From Gammaproteobacteria bacterium (GTDB taxonomy: Bacteria; Pseudomonadota; Gammaproteobacteria; JAJPIJ01): DNA of 64,000 bases. Both the position numbers and the translations under genes were made by a program. The stretch covers positions 666 through 64,665 of the forward strand of contig JAJPIJ010000023.1 of the NCBI GenBank assembly GCA_021324815.1, in the 5' to 3' direction. Of this stretch, positions 63,764 to 64,000 are shown in pieces; position 1 is the first letter of the stretch; each line of letters opens with the position of its first letter. The notes below the pieces were generated by a model, which was not told where the DNA came from, ran no database searches, and was given only the letters and a program-made list of their open reading frames with translations.

Positions 63764-64000
63764 GCTTCCGTCGCCTCCCGCAAGCGCTGTTCGGGGTGGG
63801 GGTCCCGACATTTGTGAATTATAGACAAATCGTAGATGAAATGAAGCTAAATAGCCAATATTCCTCACTATTTCTCAAGCAATGCCGGCCCCGGGATGAC
63901 GCGCCTTTCGATCTCAATGATGAGGAAATGAAGGTCCGGTTTTCATTTTTCTTCGTTATTCAGTGGCATGGGTCAGGGGACTGCTGCACCCCCCTTGGCG

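Noticed and set aside
63877-63893. Possible sigma54 -24/-12 site (GG-N10-GC, TTGC) on the minus strand upstream of pilB
   Set aside because: The -24 element (CGGGGC) departs from TGGCAC, and GG-N10-GC is common in GC-rich DNA.

Overview
High-GC gammaproteobacterial chromosome segment, almost all conserved core genes. In order: queA-tgt-(CBS)-yajC-secDF, pdxB-purT-gloA, mlaFEDCB-bolA-murA-hisGDC, petABC-sspAB, the dolP/gmhA/yraN/lpoA cluster divergent from rsmI, rnpB, a complete dcw cluster (mraZ to ftsZ-lpxC), dciA, an M23 peptidase, secA-argJ-mutT/thiE-like fusion, and pilBCD-coaE-zapD-yacG on the minus strand. The only accessory-looking part is the first ~6.6 kb, next to the 3' end of a tRNA-Leu(CAA). 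There a RegB/RegA-type redox two-component system is transcribed divergently from a lower-GC three-gene cassette: an uncharacterised secreted protein with a predicted N-terminal His (possible outer-membrane barrel), CopC and CopD. A textbook RegA/RegR box sits at activator distance from the cassette's predicted promoter. This is the best candidate for an undescribed system, a redox-controlled copper import route across both membranes. Other signals are an FNR-type box at class II distance in front of a CBS gene inserted between tgt and yajC, a ~50-bp MITE-like hairpin, two multi-hairpin intergenic spacers, a possible CTG start for sspA, and single-base changes at normally conserved residues (PetB, ArgJ, FtsZ and others). 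All product calls rest on motif recognition and synteny; no searches were run.
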